From the NCBI GenBank assembly GCA_964016885.1, contig CAXHJY010000557.1:15765-79764 (forward strand): a DNA stretch of 64,000 nt. Reading direction: 5' to 3'. The DNA is from Eledone cirrhosa. Lineage: Eukaryota. The notes beneath the pieces are model-generated. The model did no database searches, was not told the origin of the DNA, and saw only the letters and a program-made list of their open reading frames with translations. The translations under genes were made by a program, and so were the position numbers. Shown here in pieces: positions 30,265-44,511 of the stretch (position 1 is its first letter; each line of letters begins with the position of its first letter).

Positions 30265-30483
30265 CCCTTTAGCATTTACATTACTCTACATTTACTATTA
30301 TATTTCCATGGTAAAAGCTTTATCTTACCTAATTATCTCGCATAATATCGAATCTGAGATTTTGCTATTATCTATTTTGAGAACATTACTTTAACATTAG
30401 TATGAGCGGCCGGTTACAGCTGGTTTTAAAAGAAAGAGGTGAGCGAATTCTGACTGGATACGGCCGTTTTAAATGCTAAAGGG
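30265..30483. mobile_element. piggyBac-type MITE
   Basis: TTAA|CCCTTTAGCATTT ... AAATGCTAAAGGG|TTAA; homologous to 32559-32779. Confidence 0.85.
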
Positions 30484-31324
30484 TTAAGTATAAATATTAA
30501 ATAAAGAAGATCTATATTTTCTGGAGAAAAATATAGAGAAAAGATAGCCATATGGAAGACTTTATCATAATACGTCTACTCACTGAAAGTTGTTAACCTG
30601 GGGCTTAAACATCAAGAAGTAGACGATCACAGATAAATGATTTGCCATTTTACTGCTATTAATAAATTCATATTTGAATATTGGCAAGTTTAGTTTTACT
30701 CTAGTTCAAATACTTGACATATCTGTGGATGCAAAACCTTGGACACATACATCATCAGTGTTGTATTCTGAAGTCACTAGATGTTTTATGTCTTACAACA
30801 TTCACTCTAATCCAAGTGACCAAACTCAGGTTGATTTAGCTAGAAATAAATAAATGCTAGAACAATGTTACTTCCCACACAGATTGGTATAGATTATTTG
30901 ATACAACACATAGGAAGGTTTAGCTTTATGTAGCACATAGGGTATCTAAGAAGAGCTGGACATCAGAAGGGCTTCAGGAAAGTGTTTCTGCTGTTATTCA
31001 GGTCATGACTCCTGGGTGCCGTTTTACTGACGTCTTTTAACCCTCTGGATATTAGAAACGTGCATGGAAATCACTTTTAGCTTTTATACTACACACAGTG
31101 AAGTTTAGTTTTATATAACACATAGACAAGTTTGATTTTAGTCTAGAAATATACACTAGAATAATGTTACTTCACTCACAGATGGATATAGATTATTTTA
31201 TACAACACATTTTGGCTAAATTTCAAATATTTTTCTGTTTCTTCAGGATATATATTGATTTGCAACATTACCGTTCTGTTATCTCTCACACTCTCTATCT
31301 ATCTATCTAACTAGCAATCTCTTT

Positions 31325-31480
31325 CATATATGTATATATGTGTGTGTGTATATATGTGTGTATGTGTATGTATATATATGTGTGTGTGTGTATACATATA
31401 TATATGTGTGTGTGTGTATGTATGTGTGTGTATATATGTTTGTGTGTATGTGTATGTGTATGTGTGTGCGTGTGCCTGTG
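31325..31480. repeat. (TG/TA)n microsatellite
   Basis: Seen directly. Confidence 0.9.
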
Positions 31481-32261
31481 TATTTGAAAATATGTTTGCA
31501 TTTTTTGGAAGCTGCCACACTGCAGATAACTAAATAAATTGGGCAAAGTACTTGTGAAGAGAGGAAACATTAGACAGAAACACTGCAGGAATTGAACCAT
31601 ACATTCCTTGTTGTAGCATTTTGATTGAGGGTGTGTGGATATTTTTCTTTTTTCTTTCTGACTCATTTTTTATTGATTTGTTTCTTTTGTAAATCATTCA
31701 TAATGAAATATTTTTATGAGGCATGAAAAATAAACAAGAACCACTGAAGAATCATTCTCTACCGTCTTAGGAATGGACATGCTGTTGGGTAATGTGCTTT
31801 TGAATATTCTACTTACAGGGAAAATATGGTTGATCACGGCTGCAATGCCTTTGATCTTAGTTAGGTCTACTAGATCAGAGCTGACCTGGATCTACAACAA
31901 TTACTAGTATTTACACTACCTTACCTTATCATTCTTTAGCTTCAGGAGGTGATGTGTTTTGTAATGCCTTGTGTGTGTTGGTGGTAATTACACATCTAAA
32001 TTCACACCAGACATAAACATAAACAGCTTTATGGACACATGCACACACATATGTGTGTGTGTGTGTGTGTGCTTTTTGTCCCCCGATTTTTTCCCATTTC
32101 CTCTTTTCACTCTCTATTTCTTTTATTTTTCATTGTATCTTCTAATGGAGGACTAGCATCCAAAACATTAAAGCTCTTTTTCTATTATATCAAGCACTAA
32201 ATTAAAATATTTCTTCATTTTACAGTATTGTTTGCTTTGTTGTTTTCCAAGTACTTTTTGC

Positions 32262-32296
<35 letters not shown>

Positions 32297-32558
32297 CACA
32301 TAAATACATTAAATGCACCTAGTACCCTCTTCTGTAAATTGAGAGTGATGGTGTCATGATAAAATGTACTCAGTACACTCTGCAAAATGGTTGGCATTAG
32401 GAAAGGCATCCAGCTGTAGAAACCATTCCAAATATTAACCTTATGTGCAAGACGTGGTCTCACATTTTGACAAGCCATTCTCTCATGCCACCTTAGAGAG
32501 CAGTTGTGAAATAATGAATGTTGATATTTCAAGGATTCAATTGACTGACTATTTTTAA

Positions 32559-32779
32559 CCCTTCAGTATTTACATTACTCTATATGTACTATTGTATTTT
32601 CACAGTAAAAGCTTTATCTCACATAAATATCTCACATAGTATCGAATCTATGAGATTTTGATATTATTTATTTTTAGAACAATACCTTAATATCAGTATG
32701 GATGGCCAGTTACGGCCGGTTTGAACAGAAAGAGGTGAGAGAATTCTGGCTGGATACGACCAGTTTAAATGCTAAAGGG
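32559..32779. mobile_element. piggyBac-type MITE (same family as 30265-30483)
   Basis: TTAA|CCCTTCAGTATTT ... AAATGCTAAAGGG|TTAA. Confidence 0.8.
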
Positions 32780-34928
32780 TTAACATCTCTGAGGAAAACG
32801 TACATTTCTTATTAACCTGTTCTGAATGCTGTCTCTTTGTACCAACTGGGGAAAATATTCTGAGGGAGTAACTTCTATTATGATTCATTTCTACAGTGAC
32901 AAACTGGAGATTTCTGCTGTCCTTGGCCCTAGGGCCACCTCCCTACTCACCACCATTGACAGAAAGTTGGCTACCCGTAGGTGTGAGCCTCATGAGCTGG
33001 AATGGCTCTTCCTTCATCCTCTTCCAGGGTAACCCCTTCTCTATTCTGTCCGCCGGGGCTGTGGGGCAGCCAGCACATGGGCCCCCATTTGCTCATAACG
33101 GGGAGAATGGGAGAGACAGAGGCAGTGACATTAGGAGTTTGGTTCCTTTGTGTTTGGACCTGGTGTATATGTATATGTTTCACAGACACACACTGATATT
33201 TGAGGCAGTGTAGTTATTTATTTTTTAGTATACTGCTGTGGTAGAATCACAGGAATATCTGTAAAGAATTTAATTTGATCATTTTTATTCCAACCCCAAC
33301 ATGCAGCAGTTGATTTTAAATTTGTCTTTTTCATTTTATTCTTTTCACTTCGAAGTCTTTGTTTCACTGTAATGTTTTATAAGGACAATCTGATAACATC
33401 AATTCATAAAACAAAAACTCAAGAAAACTTCCTTCATTAAAGCTGCATTTTTATAGGTTTTCAAATCTCTGTTCAATACACACACACATATATGTATATT
33501 CATAAACGTATATAACCCATACAAGCGTGAAACAATGGATGTAAAATCATCTATCTCTCTCTCTTACACACACATACACGCACACACATGCACACACACA
33601 TACAGCACAAGCACACACAACACAGGCACACACAACACATGCACACACACAATGTTCTTCATTATCTAGTTGATGAGAATATGTGTATGTTATGATTACT
33701 AATGGAATTTCAAGTACTAAATTCCAGGATGCTACATATTAACTCAAAATATATTCATTTTAACTTATTCAATTTACCTTTTATGCAAAGAACTTTTTAA
33801 AAAAGAAGAAAAAGAAAGAAAGAAACAAATAAAGTGGGTGGGGGTTAAACCAACTAACATTTTCAGTACACCCAATTATAGAAAAAATAATATTACAATG
33901 TCACATTCGATAAACTCGTTGTTTTGTTAATATTGAATTTCATCGTTATGAAAAATGTGAGAGGCTTAAAGGAAATTGCTCTGATTCGTTACTGTTGTTC
34001 CTGTAATTAAAGTTGATAGGTTGTGATATATGCTTACTCATTTTTTCTTTAATGAATTTAAATATAACAGGTTTTGAAATAATAGCACCCCCTCCCATTT
34101 TTTTTTTCAAACACTTCTGTATTTCGTTATTGAATTTCCAAATATTTGAATTGCAAATTTTTAAATGATTATCACAAAATAGCAACAATTTGAACTGCAG
34201 TGTATTTTTTTCCAGATAAAGTATTTATCTTAAACCGGATTCTTTTATGTATGCATGTTGGATGTGTGTGTGGATGTAGCATAGCCGAATGGTTATGGAG
34301 TTCACATCGGAATCATTAGGTCCTGGATTCAATCCCACATCACGATGCCATTTGTACAATGGGCTTCAAAGAGTTTGTGGAAAAAGGACAGTTGAAAAAA
34401 ACGGTTTAAGTTATGATGTTTATTTTTCACCATATGCTAGGTCAATACACTTCTGCAAGTGTGGATACTAGCTGCATTGCAACATGCATGTTAGTACATA
34501 TTATGACACATTAGTACGAGAATGTACAGGTGCATTGAGATCAAAATCCCTGCATATGATTTTTAGCTATGTACTTTTTCCACAAACCTTTTGAAGCCCC
34601 CTTGTATATATAATCATCACTATGTAACGTCCATTTTCCACACTAGCATGGGTTAGACAAGTTATCCCATTGTGAAACAAGGCAGATCAGGTGATCGTGT
34701 CTTGCTTATGCAGAACTATTTCTGACTTGGTTTCTACGGTTAGATGCTCTTTGTAACACCAACAATATTTCTAGTGTGGTTTGTCTAGTAGCAAAGATAC
34801 CATAAATCGAGTTAAGAAACTTATTTCAGATATTTTTTACTAAATCATTACAGGATGTTTAGAGTTAAGCTGATCCTTAAATATCTTCAATTATATCTCT
34901 AGAACTCTGAAAACACTTTGAAATTAAT

Positions 34929-35114
34929 TGTTTCTACTTTAGGCACAAGGCCAGCAAATACCCAGTGCATTACTGGTACTTTATTTTATCGACCCCCGTA
35001 AGGATGAAAGGCAAAGTCAACCTCGGCGGGATTTGAACTCAGATCGTAAAGGGACGTAACTATGCTGGAAAGCATGGCGTCCGACCCTCTACCGATACTG
35101 CCAATCCACCGCCC
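34929..35114 (-). mobile_element. tRNA-derived SINE with 11-bp TSD
   Basis: Same family as 45689-45873; TSD ttgaaattaat at 34918 and 35115. Confidence 0.88.
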
Positions 35115-35214
35115 TTGAAATTAATGCTTTCTGCTCCTGCTAACGTTTTTAGTCTGACTGACATAAGCTCACACACACACACCCATATTCCTGTTTTGGA
35201 AAAGGTGGTGTTTT

Positions 35215-36680
35215 CCTATCTCTGCCACCTTCTTCTCCCCACCACCTGATCTCCCTGTCACCCTCTTTTCTCCCCTCTCCTCTCCCTGTCACCCTCTTTT
35301 CTCCCCCCTCCTCTCCCTGTCACCCCCTTTTCTCCCCTCTCCTCTCCCTGTCACCCTCTTTTCTCCCCTCTCCTCTCCCTGTCACCCTCTTTTCTCCCCC
35401 TCCTCTCCCTTCCACCCTCTTTTCTCCCCCTCTTCTCCCCACCATCTTTCTCTGCCACCCTCTTCTCCCTCTTCTCCCTTTTCTCCCTCTTCTCTTTCTG
35501 CCACACCACCTCTCTGTGCCACCGCTTCTCCCCACACCACCTCTATGTGCCACCTCTTCTCCCCCCACCACCTCTATGTGCCACCTCTTCTCCCCCCCAC
35601 CTCTCTGTGCCACCTCTTCTCCCCCCACCTCTCTGTGCCACCCTCTTCTCCCCCCCACCTCTCTGTGCCACCTCTTCTCCCCCCCACCTCTCTGTGCCAC
35701 CCTCTTCCCCCCCTCTCTGTGCCACCTCTTCTCCCCCCCACCTCTCTGTGCCACCTCTTCTCCCCCCACCTCTCTGTGCCACCTCTTCTCCCTCCCCCCC
35801 ACCTCTCTGTGCCACCTCTCCCCCCCACCTCTCTGTGCCACCTCTTCTCCCCCACCACCTCTCTGTGCCACCTCTTCTCCCCCCCCCCCACCTCTCTGTG
35901 CCACCTCTTCTCCCCCCCACCTCTTCTCCCCCCCCACCTCTCTGTGCCACCTCTTCTCCCCCACCACCTCTCTGTGCCACCCTCTTCTCCCCCACCACCT
36001 CTCTGTGCCACCCTCTTCTCCCCCACCACCTCTCTCTGCCACCCTCTTCTCCCCCACCACCTCTCTCTGCCACCCTCTTCTCCCCCACCACCTCTCTCTG
36101 CCACCCTCTTCTCCCCCACCACCTCTCTCTGCCACCCTCTTCTCTTCCCCACTTCCTCTCTCTGCCACCCTCTTCTCTTCCCCACTTCCTCTCTCTGCCA
36201 CCCTCTTCTCTCTGCCACCCTCTTCTCTTCTCCACCTCCTTTCTCTGCCTCCATCTTCTCCTCCTCCTCCCCATCTCTCTCTGCCACCCTATTTTCCTCC
36301 TCCCCATCTCTCCCTGCCACCCTCTCCCCCTATCTCTCTCTGCCCCCTCCCCCTATTCTCCCCCCATTCCCCCCAATCTCTCTCTGCCACCCTATCCCAT
36401 CTCCCCCAATCTCTGCCACCCTATTCTCCTCCCCATCTCTCTCTGCCACCCTATTCTCCTCCCCATCTCTCTCTGCCACCCTATTCTCCTCCCCATCTCT
36501 CTCTGCCACCCTATTCTCCCCCCATCTCTCTATCCCACCCTCTTCTCCTCCCCATCTCTCTATCCCACCCTCTTCTCCTCCCCATCTCTCTATCCCACCC
36601 TCTTCTCCTCCCCATCTCTCTATCCCACCCTCTTCTCCTCCCCATCTCTCTATCCCACCCTCTTCTCTCTCTTTCTCTTT
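35215..36680. repeat. Polypyrimidine (C/T-rich) minisatellite with units of about 20-30 bp that drift along the array
   Basis: Units such as ctctgtgccacctcttctcccccccac, tctgccaccctattctcctccccatctc and tatcccaccctcttctcctccccatctctc. Confidence 0.92.
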
Positions 36681-37389
36681 CATTCATATTGTAACAGCTC
36701 TGAACATCTCTGAACCCTAAATTCTGGAATTCTTGATCAATTTCCATATTATACATATCTCAATTTTATTTTTATTTTCTCCCATTGATTTATCGGCAAA
36801 AAAAAACGACTTTTTTCAGTTTTCCATTCATTGCATCCTGTCCCAACATTCTCTCTTCCTTGCATCCTGCTACATCATTCTTTTGTCTCCCCGTCTCGCT
36901 GGTCCTCACTGTTCTTCCATATAGTGTGTTGTGTTTTCTCCTCCAACATTATTTATATTTTCTCTTGCTCACCCACTTAAACCCATCCTAGCATTTCATT
37001 TATTCAGTTTTTACAATTATTTTGAACATTTTATCTCTACTTCTTATCGTTTTTTTTTCGCTTTTATATGAAAATATAATTTTTTTTCATTATATCCCTT
37101 CCAGCTTCCATAAATATTCAACTTTCAGAGAAAACATTGTTATTATTATTATTATAGTTGTTGTTACATTACATCATTTAAAAAACAATTTAACTTTTTA
37201 AATCATTAAAAAATAATTTAATGTTTGGAAAATATTTTCAAGAATCCCCTATATTATATGTATTATTTCTTGCTAAAGAGAATTGTGTGTATGTGTGTAT
37301 ATCACACATGCACTCACACACACACACATGTATATATATATACATACATTCAGACACACACACACACACATATATATAAATATTTTACA

Positions 37390-39275
37390 TCATCATTTAA
37401 CCTCTATTTTTCTATGCTTGCATGAGTTAGAGGGGTTCTCACATTATGAGACAATTCAGGTCAGCATGTCTTGCTCATACAGATCTATCTGTATTTCGGC
37501 TTGATTTCTATGGCTGGATACCCTTCTTAATGCCAACTACATCACAGTGTGGACCAAGTGGTTTTTGTGGCACCAAAACTACCATCTAACAGGAAGAACT
37601 GGGTGCTTTTTTGTTGTCACCAGCACGACCACCTTACAGGATGGACTGGGTACTTTTTTTTTCGTGTTAAAGATCACCATACAGGGTGAACAGTGTTGTT
37701 TGTTTTTGTATGCATGGTTTGGCAGGAGAGGTGTATCAGAGGTGAGGAGTGATGGTTTAGGGGGTACAAGTAAGCAAGTTCAACATGGGTGAAGTGCTGG
37801 GGATTGGGGTATTAAGACTGGAGAGGGATAAGGAGCAGAAGATTGGTACAGACTAGTGTCTTTATGTTTTTTTCATCCTGTGCACATAGGAGGACAGGTC
37901 TTCTGCAATACAGCATACCGCTAGAGATCTTGACCCTTTATCATCTCTTTTGTGAAGTTTAATTGGGCAAGGTCAGCTTTTATCACTTTATCCCAAGCTT
38001 TTCTAGGTCTTCCTCTTTCATAGTTTCTGTCAACTTAGAATGCCTCGCATATTTTTTTTAAACTGTCATCTTCCATATGCATTACATGTCCATACCATTG
38101 CAATCTCCTCTCCTGTTCACTGCATTTAATGCCTCTTATGCTTAATTTCTCTTTCAGTTCATTGACACTTTGTTGTTCATTCACACTTCTAATACACATC
38201 CATTGAAGTATGGAAGCTTCATTTCATTTGAATTTTCATAGGTCCTCTGCACATATTACCCAGGTATCACTTCCATGCAACTTTGCTGTTCGTCCACAAG
38301 CATCATAAATCTGAGTAAGGCCGTTTCTCTGAAGAGATCTGGGCCCTCTTTTTCTTTCTACTTACTTTCTTGAAATCTCTTAGCCAAATTTAAGGCAGAA
38401 TTCGATATGTGGGTTAGATCATATAAGAGTTCCCATTGGCAGCCAGTCTTAAACTCTTCTGTTATAGTCTGTAGGGTGATAATAAACAGAAGAGGGCTAA
38501 GAACATATTCCTCACTATAATCGTTGTCAATTCTAAGCTTGCTGACTGCTCTTTTGTACATGGTTTGTACTGCCTTCACATACCATTCATCTACTCCTAG
38601 TTTTCTAAGAGCCCACCAAATTTGGGAATGGGTGACTCTATCAAATAATTTCTCCAAGTAATAAAAGGCTCACAAGGAAGAGGGCATCAATAGTACTTTT
38701 ACTCTGCACAAATCCGAATTGCATTTCATTTAGATTAACTCGGTCCCTAATCAGCTGTGCTGTGTCTTTCTGAAATCTTCATGACCTGGTCCATCAACTC
38801 CTATGTCTAGTGCATCTCCTTTTCCCTTGTAGCAGTTAACGATGCTGCTGCTATGCCAGTCATTAGGTATGTCACCATTCTATATTACTTGGTTTATAAT
38901 ATGAGTAGTTAAGGTGTTAGCTACCATTCCAGATGCTTTCAGCATCCCAGCAACTATCCCCAATGGTCCAGCTGCTTTGCTCATCTTCATTTCCTCAATT
39001 GCCTTACTACACTGCTGCCGACTCTCAGTCTGCCACAAGTGAACCCAACTATCTTCCTCCCATGCATTCTCCTCATTCAGTAATCTTTCATAATGGCACT
39101 CCCATGCTAGTTCCTTTTCAGCATCGGTGAGGGCAAATGCGCCATTATCATCTTGGGCACACATCTTCCCAACAATATTGCAATTTACCCTGACACTGCC
39201 TCTCAATTCTGAACACTTCATGTCACAAACATGTTTCATTTTTTTATTTTCTGCATCTCTCCTTGCAAAGAATAA
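37390..39275 (-). mobile_element. Old, heavily decayed RTE element
   Basis: Fragments EKLFDRV..WWALRKLGVDEW..TEEFKTGC and HYERLLNEENAW..KAAGPLGIVAGMLKASG, with many indels and stops and an RTE 3' tail at about 37390. Confidence 0.85.
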
Positions 39276-39357
39276 ATGTGAAGACTAAAATCCGAAGAGG
39301 ACTCGATGAGGATTATATATAAATATATATAAAAACCCGTAGAGCAAATATTTATTA

Positions 39358-39472
39358 TAAGAACATTAAAGTTTAAGCAAAAAATCGCTGCTTTCACTCT
39401 TAACGGGATCTTCAGAAGATCCCGTTAAGGGTGAAAGCAGCGATTCTTTGCTTAAACTTTAATCTGTTCTTA
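39358..39472. repeat. Spacer-less palindrome of about 115 bp made from the 3' part of a hammerhead ribozyme
   Basis: Centre ttc-a-gaa at about 39414; minus strand reads CTGAAGA-TCCCGTTAAGAGT-GAAA-GCAG..TTGC-TT-AAAC. Confidence 0.75.
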
Positions 39473-40010
39473 AAATATATATTTATATAAAAATATAAAT
39501 AAACTATATAAGCATATCAGCATATCATTCTTATGCACTTGCTTTGGAGTGTGATTTAAGGGAGATTTGGTTGCCATTTGCAGCAGTTTAAGTGATCACA
39601 TAGAGGGCTCCTTTGTTCTTTTTTTTGTTTTCTTTTGTTATACATTTTTGTCTCTTCGAATATATTTTTGTGAAATTTCTTTCATTCAACTCAGATTCTA
39701 TATTTTTTTACATGATTTGGTAACATCAAAGAAATATCAAATCAATCTTTAGTGCACTGAAAGAAATAGAACATTACTTTTTGAGACTGCTGAATATTTT
39801 TGAATTTTGGTAATTATAGAATTATTAGTAAAAAGCTACTAAAGGAATCACGTTGAAATTCCTGAGTTTTTTAGCATTGAAAGCAAAGATATTTCACAGT
39901 ATAGTTATCAACATTAAGGTACTACAGTGTAGCTATCAACATCTTTCAAAGTTACCAAATAGTTTAGCTATCTCAATCTTTGAAAGTACAGATTAACCTA
40001 ACTATCAACG

Positions 40011-41612
40011 TCTTTCAAAGGTATCAAACAGCTTATCTTTCAAAGGTACTACTGTGTTTAGCTTTCGATGGTAGCAAACAGCTTATCTTTCAAAGGTAGC
40101 AAACAGCTTATCTTTCAAAGGTACCAAATAGCTTAGCTTTCAAAGGTATCAAACAGCTTAGCTTTCAAAGGTACCAAACAGCTTGTCTTTCAAAGGTTCA
40201 AAACAGCTTAGCTTTCAAAGGTACCAAATAACTTATCTTTCAAAGGTACCAAATAGCTTAGCTTTCAAAGGTATCAAACAGCTTAGCTTTCAAAGGTACC
40301 AAATAGCTTAGCTTTCAAAGGTATCAAACAGCTTAGCTTTCAAAGGTACCAAATAACTTATCTTTCAAAGGTACCAAATAGCTTAGCTTTCAAAGGTACC
40401 AAATAGCTTAGCTTTCAAAGGTACCAAATAGCTTAGCTTTCAAAGGTATCAAACAGCTTAGCTTTCAAAGGTATCAAACAGCTTAGCTTTCAAAGGTACC
40501 AAATAGCTTAGCTTTCAAAGGTACCAAACAGCTTAGCTTTCAAAGGTACCAAATAGCTTAGCTTTCAAAGGTATCAAACAGCTTAGCTTTCAAAGGTATC
40601 AAACAGCTTAGCTTTCAAAGGTATCAAACAGCTTAGCTTTCAAAGGTACCAAACAGCTTAGCTTTCAAAGGTACCAAACAGCTTGTCTTTCAAAGGTTCA
40701 AAACAGCTTAGCTTTCAAAGGTACCAAATAACTTAGCTTTCAAAGGTACCAAATAGCTTAGCTTTCAAAGGTACCAAATAGCTTAGCTTTCAAATGTACC
40801 AATTAGCTTAGCTTTCAAATGTACCAAACAGCTTAGCTTTCAAAGGTACCAAATAGCTTAGCTTTCAAAGGTACCAAATAGCTTAGCTTTCAAATGTACC
40901 AAATAGCTTAGCTTTCAAAGGTACCAAACAGCTTAGCTTTCAAATGTACCAAATAGATTAGCTTTCAAAGGTACCAAATAGCTTAGCTTTCAAAGGTACC
41001 AAATAGCTTAACTTTCAAATGTACCAAATAGCTTAGCTTTCAAAGGTATCAAACAGCTTAGCTTTCAAAGGTATCAAACAGCTTAGCTTTCAAAGGTACC
41101 AAATAGCTTAGCTTTCAAAGGTACCAAACAGCTTAGCTTTCAAAGGTACCAAATAGCTTAGCTTTCAAAGGTATCAAACAGCTTAGCTTTCAAAGGTATC
41201 AAACAGCTTAGCTTTCAAAGGTACCAAACAGCTTAGCTTTCAAAGGTACCAAACAGCTTGTCTTTCAAAGGTTCAAAACAGCTTAGCTTTCAAATGTACC
41301 AAATAGCTTAGCTTTCAAAGGTACCAAACAGCTTAGCTTTCAAATGTACCAAATAGCTTAGCTTTCAAAGGTACCAAATAGCTTAGCTTTCAAATGTACC
41401 AAATAGCTTAGCTTTCAAAGGTACCAAATAGCTTAGCTTTCAAATGTACCAAATAGCTTAGCTTTCAAAGGTACCAAATAGCTTAGCTTTCAAATGTACC
41501 AAATAGCTTAGCTTTCAAATGTACCAAATAGCTTAGCTTTCAAAGGTACCAAACAGCTTAGCTTTCAAAGGTACCAAATAGCTTAGCTTTCAAAGGTATC
41601 AAACAGCTTAGC
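40011..41612. repeat. 25-bp minisatellite (GCTTAGCTTTCAAAGGTACCAAAYA), about 60 copies
   Basis: Head-to-tail units with no spacers; degenerate units of about 35 bp on both flanks. Confidence 0.95.
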
Positions 41613-42967
41613 TATGAAATCTTTTAAAGGTACAGAACATTATAGTTATCAACATCTTTCAAAAGGTACCTAACAACTTGGCTATCAACATTTTTCTTGC
41701 CTTTCCAAACATTGCTTGTGTTATTTCTACTCACATATTTTGAATGGTTCTTCCTAAATTTCTTCATTCATATTGGACCGTTTCCAGCCTGAAACTGTTC
41801 TTTCATTTTACTACCCTCATCCCACACACAAACACTATTTCTGTATCATACTGCTTTCACTGTATCTACAGAAGAAAGTTGTTTTTATTTTCTTTTGCTT
41901 TCTTTCTTCATAAAGAACCTACAAATAGTGATTCCCCACCGCCATCACCACCACAACCATTATAATAGTATTGACATGCTTACAAAATAAACCATTTCTC
42001 AAACTTCCTCATTTTGTTTTTGTTTTACTTTTATACTTTCCTTTGTAACCTGGAATATTGCTATTTCCACTTATATATAGCCTAGCCTATCACAGTTGAA
42101 ATTAAAAAAAACATTGGCAAATGGCATTTCTTCTTTTGCTTCTTGCATTCACTCTATTATTTCAGGGTTGTTTCAGTGCTAACCTAGTTTTCTGGATGGA
42201 GGCAGCTTTTGCCCGTTGTTGATTCAATTATATACTAAATTAGGTCAGCAAAGAACTTGGATGTAGACTCTGTAATACAGCAGAAAAGCTTGGAATGTCT
42301 TTTAATATTTATTTATTTATTTATTTTCTAGTGTATATATTGATTACTATCAGGTTCCATTTCATTGGGCAGTTGGTTAAGAATGGCCAACAAAGACTAG
42401 ATCACCATATAATATAATATACAGTAAGAGAAAGTAAATAATTTTAAGACAATATCTTTAAAATAAAGGGGGGGGGGTTGGCTTAAATGATGAAAATGTC
42501 CAAACAGGTTAATTGGATGCACATCAAACAACATGTCTGATTAAAGCAACTAAAGTGAATAATGCAAGAACTGGCTATATGAGAAGTAAGGGACTAATTG
42601 AGAAAATAAGTCAAGTGTAGACACAATATGTTCTGGTATTGACTGTTTGTAATATTCTATTTGCTTATGGTAGCATTAAAAAGGAAAGGAAAGGAGCTGA
42701 TCATTAGATCAAATCAAGGAAACAATTTTTTCGTTGGTCTTTCCATTGCTGATATTATTTGCCAGTTACAAATCCTGGCAGGATAGAACACACAGATTAG
42801 AATCAGATATCACAAAACCTCTCCTACAACTCTTTAACAACTCCACCAATCCATTCTCCCTGAACTGGTACTTTATTTTTAACAACTCTGAAAAGATGAA
42901 AGGCAAAATTGACCTCAGAATGTACTAAAGACTCAGCTAATTTGATATTTGGCATTAAAAAGTTACA

Positions 42968-43015
<48 letters not shown>

Positions 43016-43280
43016 AGGTTTCCTGTTATGTGAAGATTTGATGTCATTGTTTGTTTCAAAATACCGAAAAATGACCAGAGAGAATAAAGTCCTTTTTCTT
43101 TTATCTTTTTATTGGTCTCAGTGATACGATTGCAATCATGCTGGGGCACTCTCTTGATCTAGTTGATCATATTGACCCCCAGTATTTATTTGTTCAAGTC
43201 TGGTCTTTATTTTATCAATCAAATTTTGTCAAACCACTAAATTACGGGATATAAACAGTGACACACACACAGATACACAT

Positions 43281-43484
<204 letters not shown>

Positions 43485-44511
43485 AAATACAGAAATGTGT
43501 GATGTGGCCCTCTGCTCATCTAATAGGTCAGTACCATCAACTAAATTGAACAATGTGTCCATCTCTTACTAGCATGGAAAACGGACATTAAATGAAGATA
43601 CTACATGTATATGATGTGCTTCTATACAGTTTCTGCTTGTTAAATTCCTCTTACAATAGCATTGGTCAACCCAATGCTGTTGTAGTAGAAGACACTTTCC
43701 CAAGGTGCTAAACTGTAAGACTTGAATGTAGAAGTTTCTTAACCACACAGCCATGTCTGTGCTAAGCATATTTTTTTTTAAACTAAAATTTAATCTCCCC
43801 AGCTCTATTTGTTTGACATAAAATTTCAATTTGAAAATTGTTGTATTATGTTTATTTTCTTTGTCACATTGAAAAAAACTACTGTTTCAAATCTGTCTAT
43901 TTTAGTTTAGAAGTATGAAAATAAAGATCTCCCTTGAGTCTTTCGAGAATGTAGGATATTTTTATGGTGGCGCCCCAGCATGGCCAGTCTAATGACTGAA
44001 ACTAGTAAAAAAAACAAAAATTCATTTTTTTAAAGTAAATTATGTATTTATTATAAATAACATGAATACAGTCTTATATTCTTTTACTGGTTTCAGTCCT
44101 TATGTTGTGGCCATGCTGGGACACCATATTAAAGGAATTTAGTTGATCATATCGACTCCCAGTACATATTTTTCAAGTCTAGTACTTATTTTATTGATCT
44201 CTCTTTGTTACACCACAAAGTCATGAGGCATAAACACAAACATACATACACATATCATTGTCATTGTTTAACATCCATTTTCCATGCTAGCATGGGTAGG
44301 CTTCAGCAATTTCTGTCTATTGAATTCCACTGATAGTGCATTGGTAAACCTGAGGCTATAGTAGAAGATACTTGCCCAGAATCATGTGGTTGTGAAGTAA
44401 ACTCCTTAACCACACAACCATGCCTAAATTTTTATAATAAACAACTTGAGTTTTTTCCTTTTTCAAGTGTATATATCTATGGCTAAGAACCAATCCTTTT
44501 CAGATGTTTAA

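Noticed and set aside
30705-30829. Plus-strand open exon candidate (QILDISVDAKPW..)
   Set aside because: Weak donor (GTTGAT), no recognisable homology, and it borders a local duplication of about 70 bp.
35320-36756. 250-390 aa Pro/Leu/Ser- or Gly/Glu/Arg-rich ORFs in several frames
   Set aside because: Stop-free by composition of the C/T minisatellite; open in nearly all frames.
40011-41612. CRISPR-like array
   Set aside because: Units are contiguous with no unique spacers, there are no cas genes, and the context is eukaryotic.
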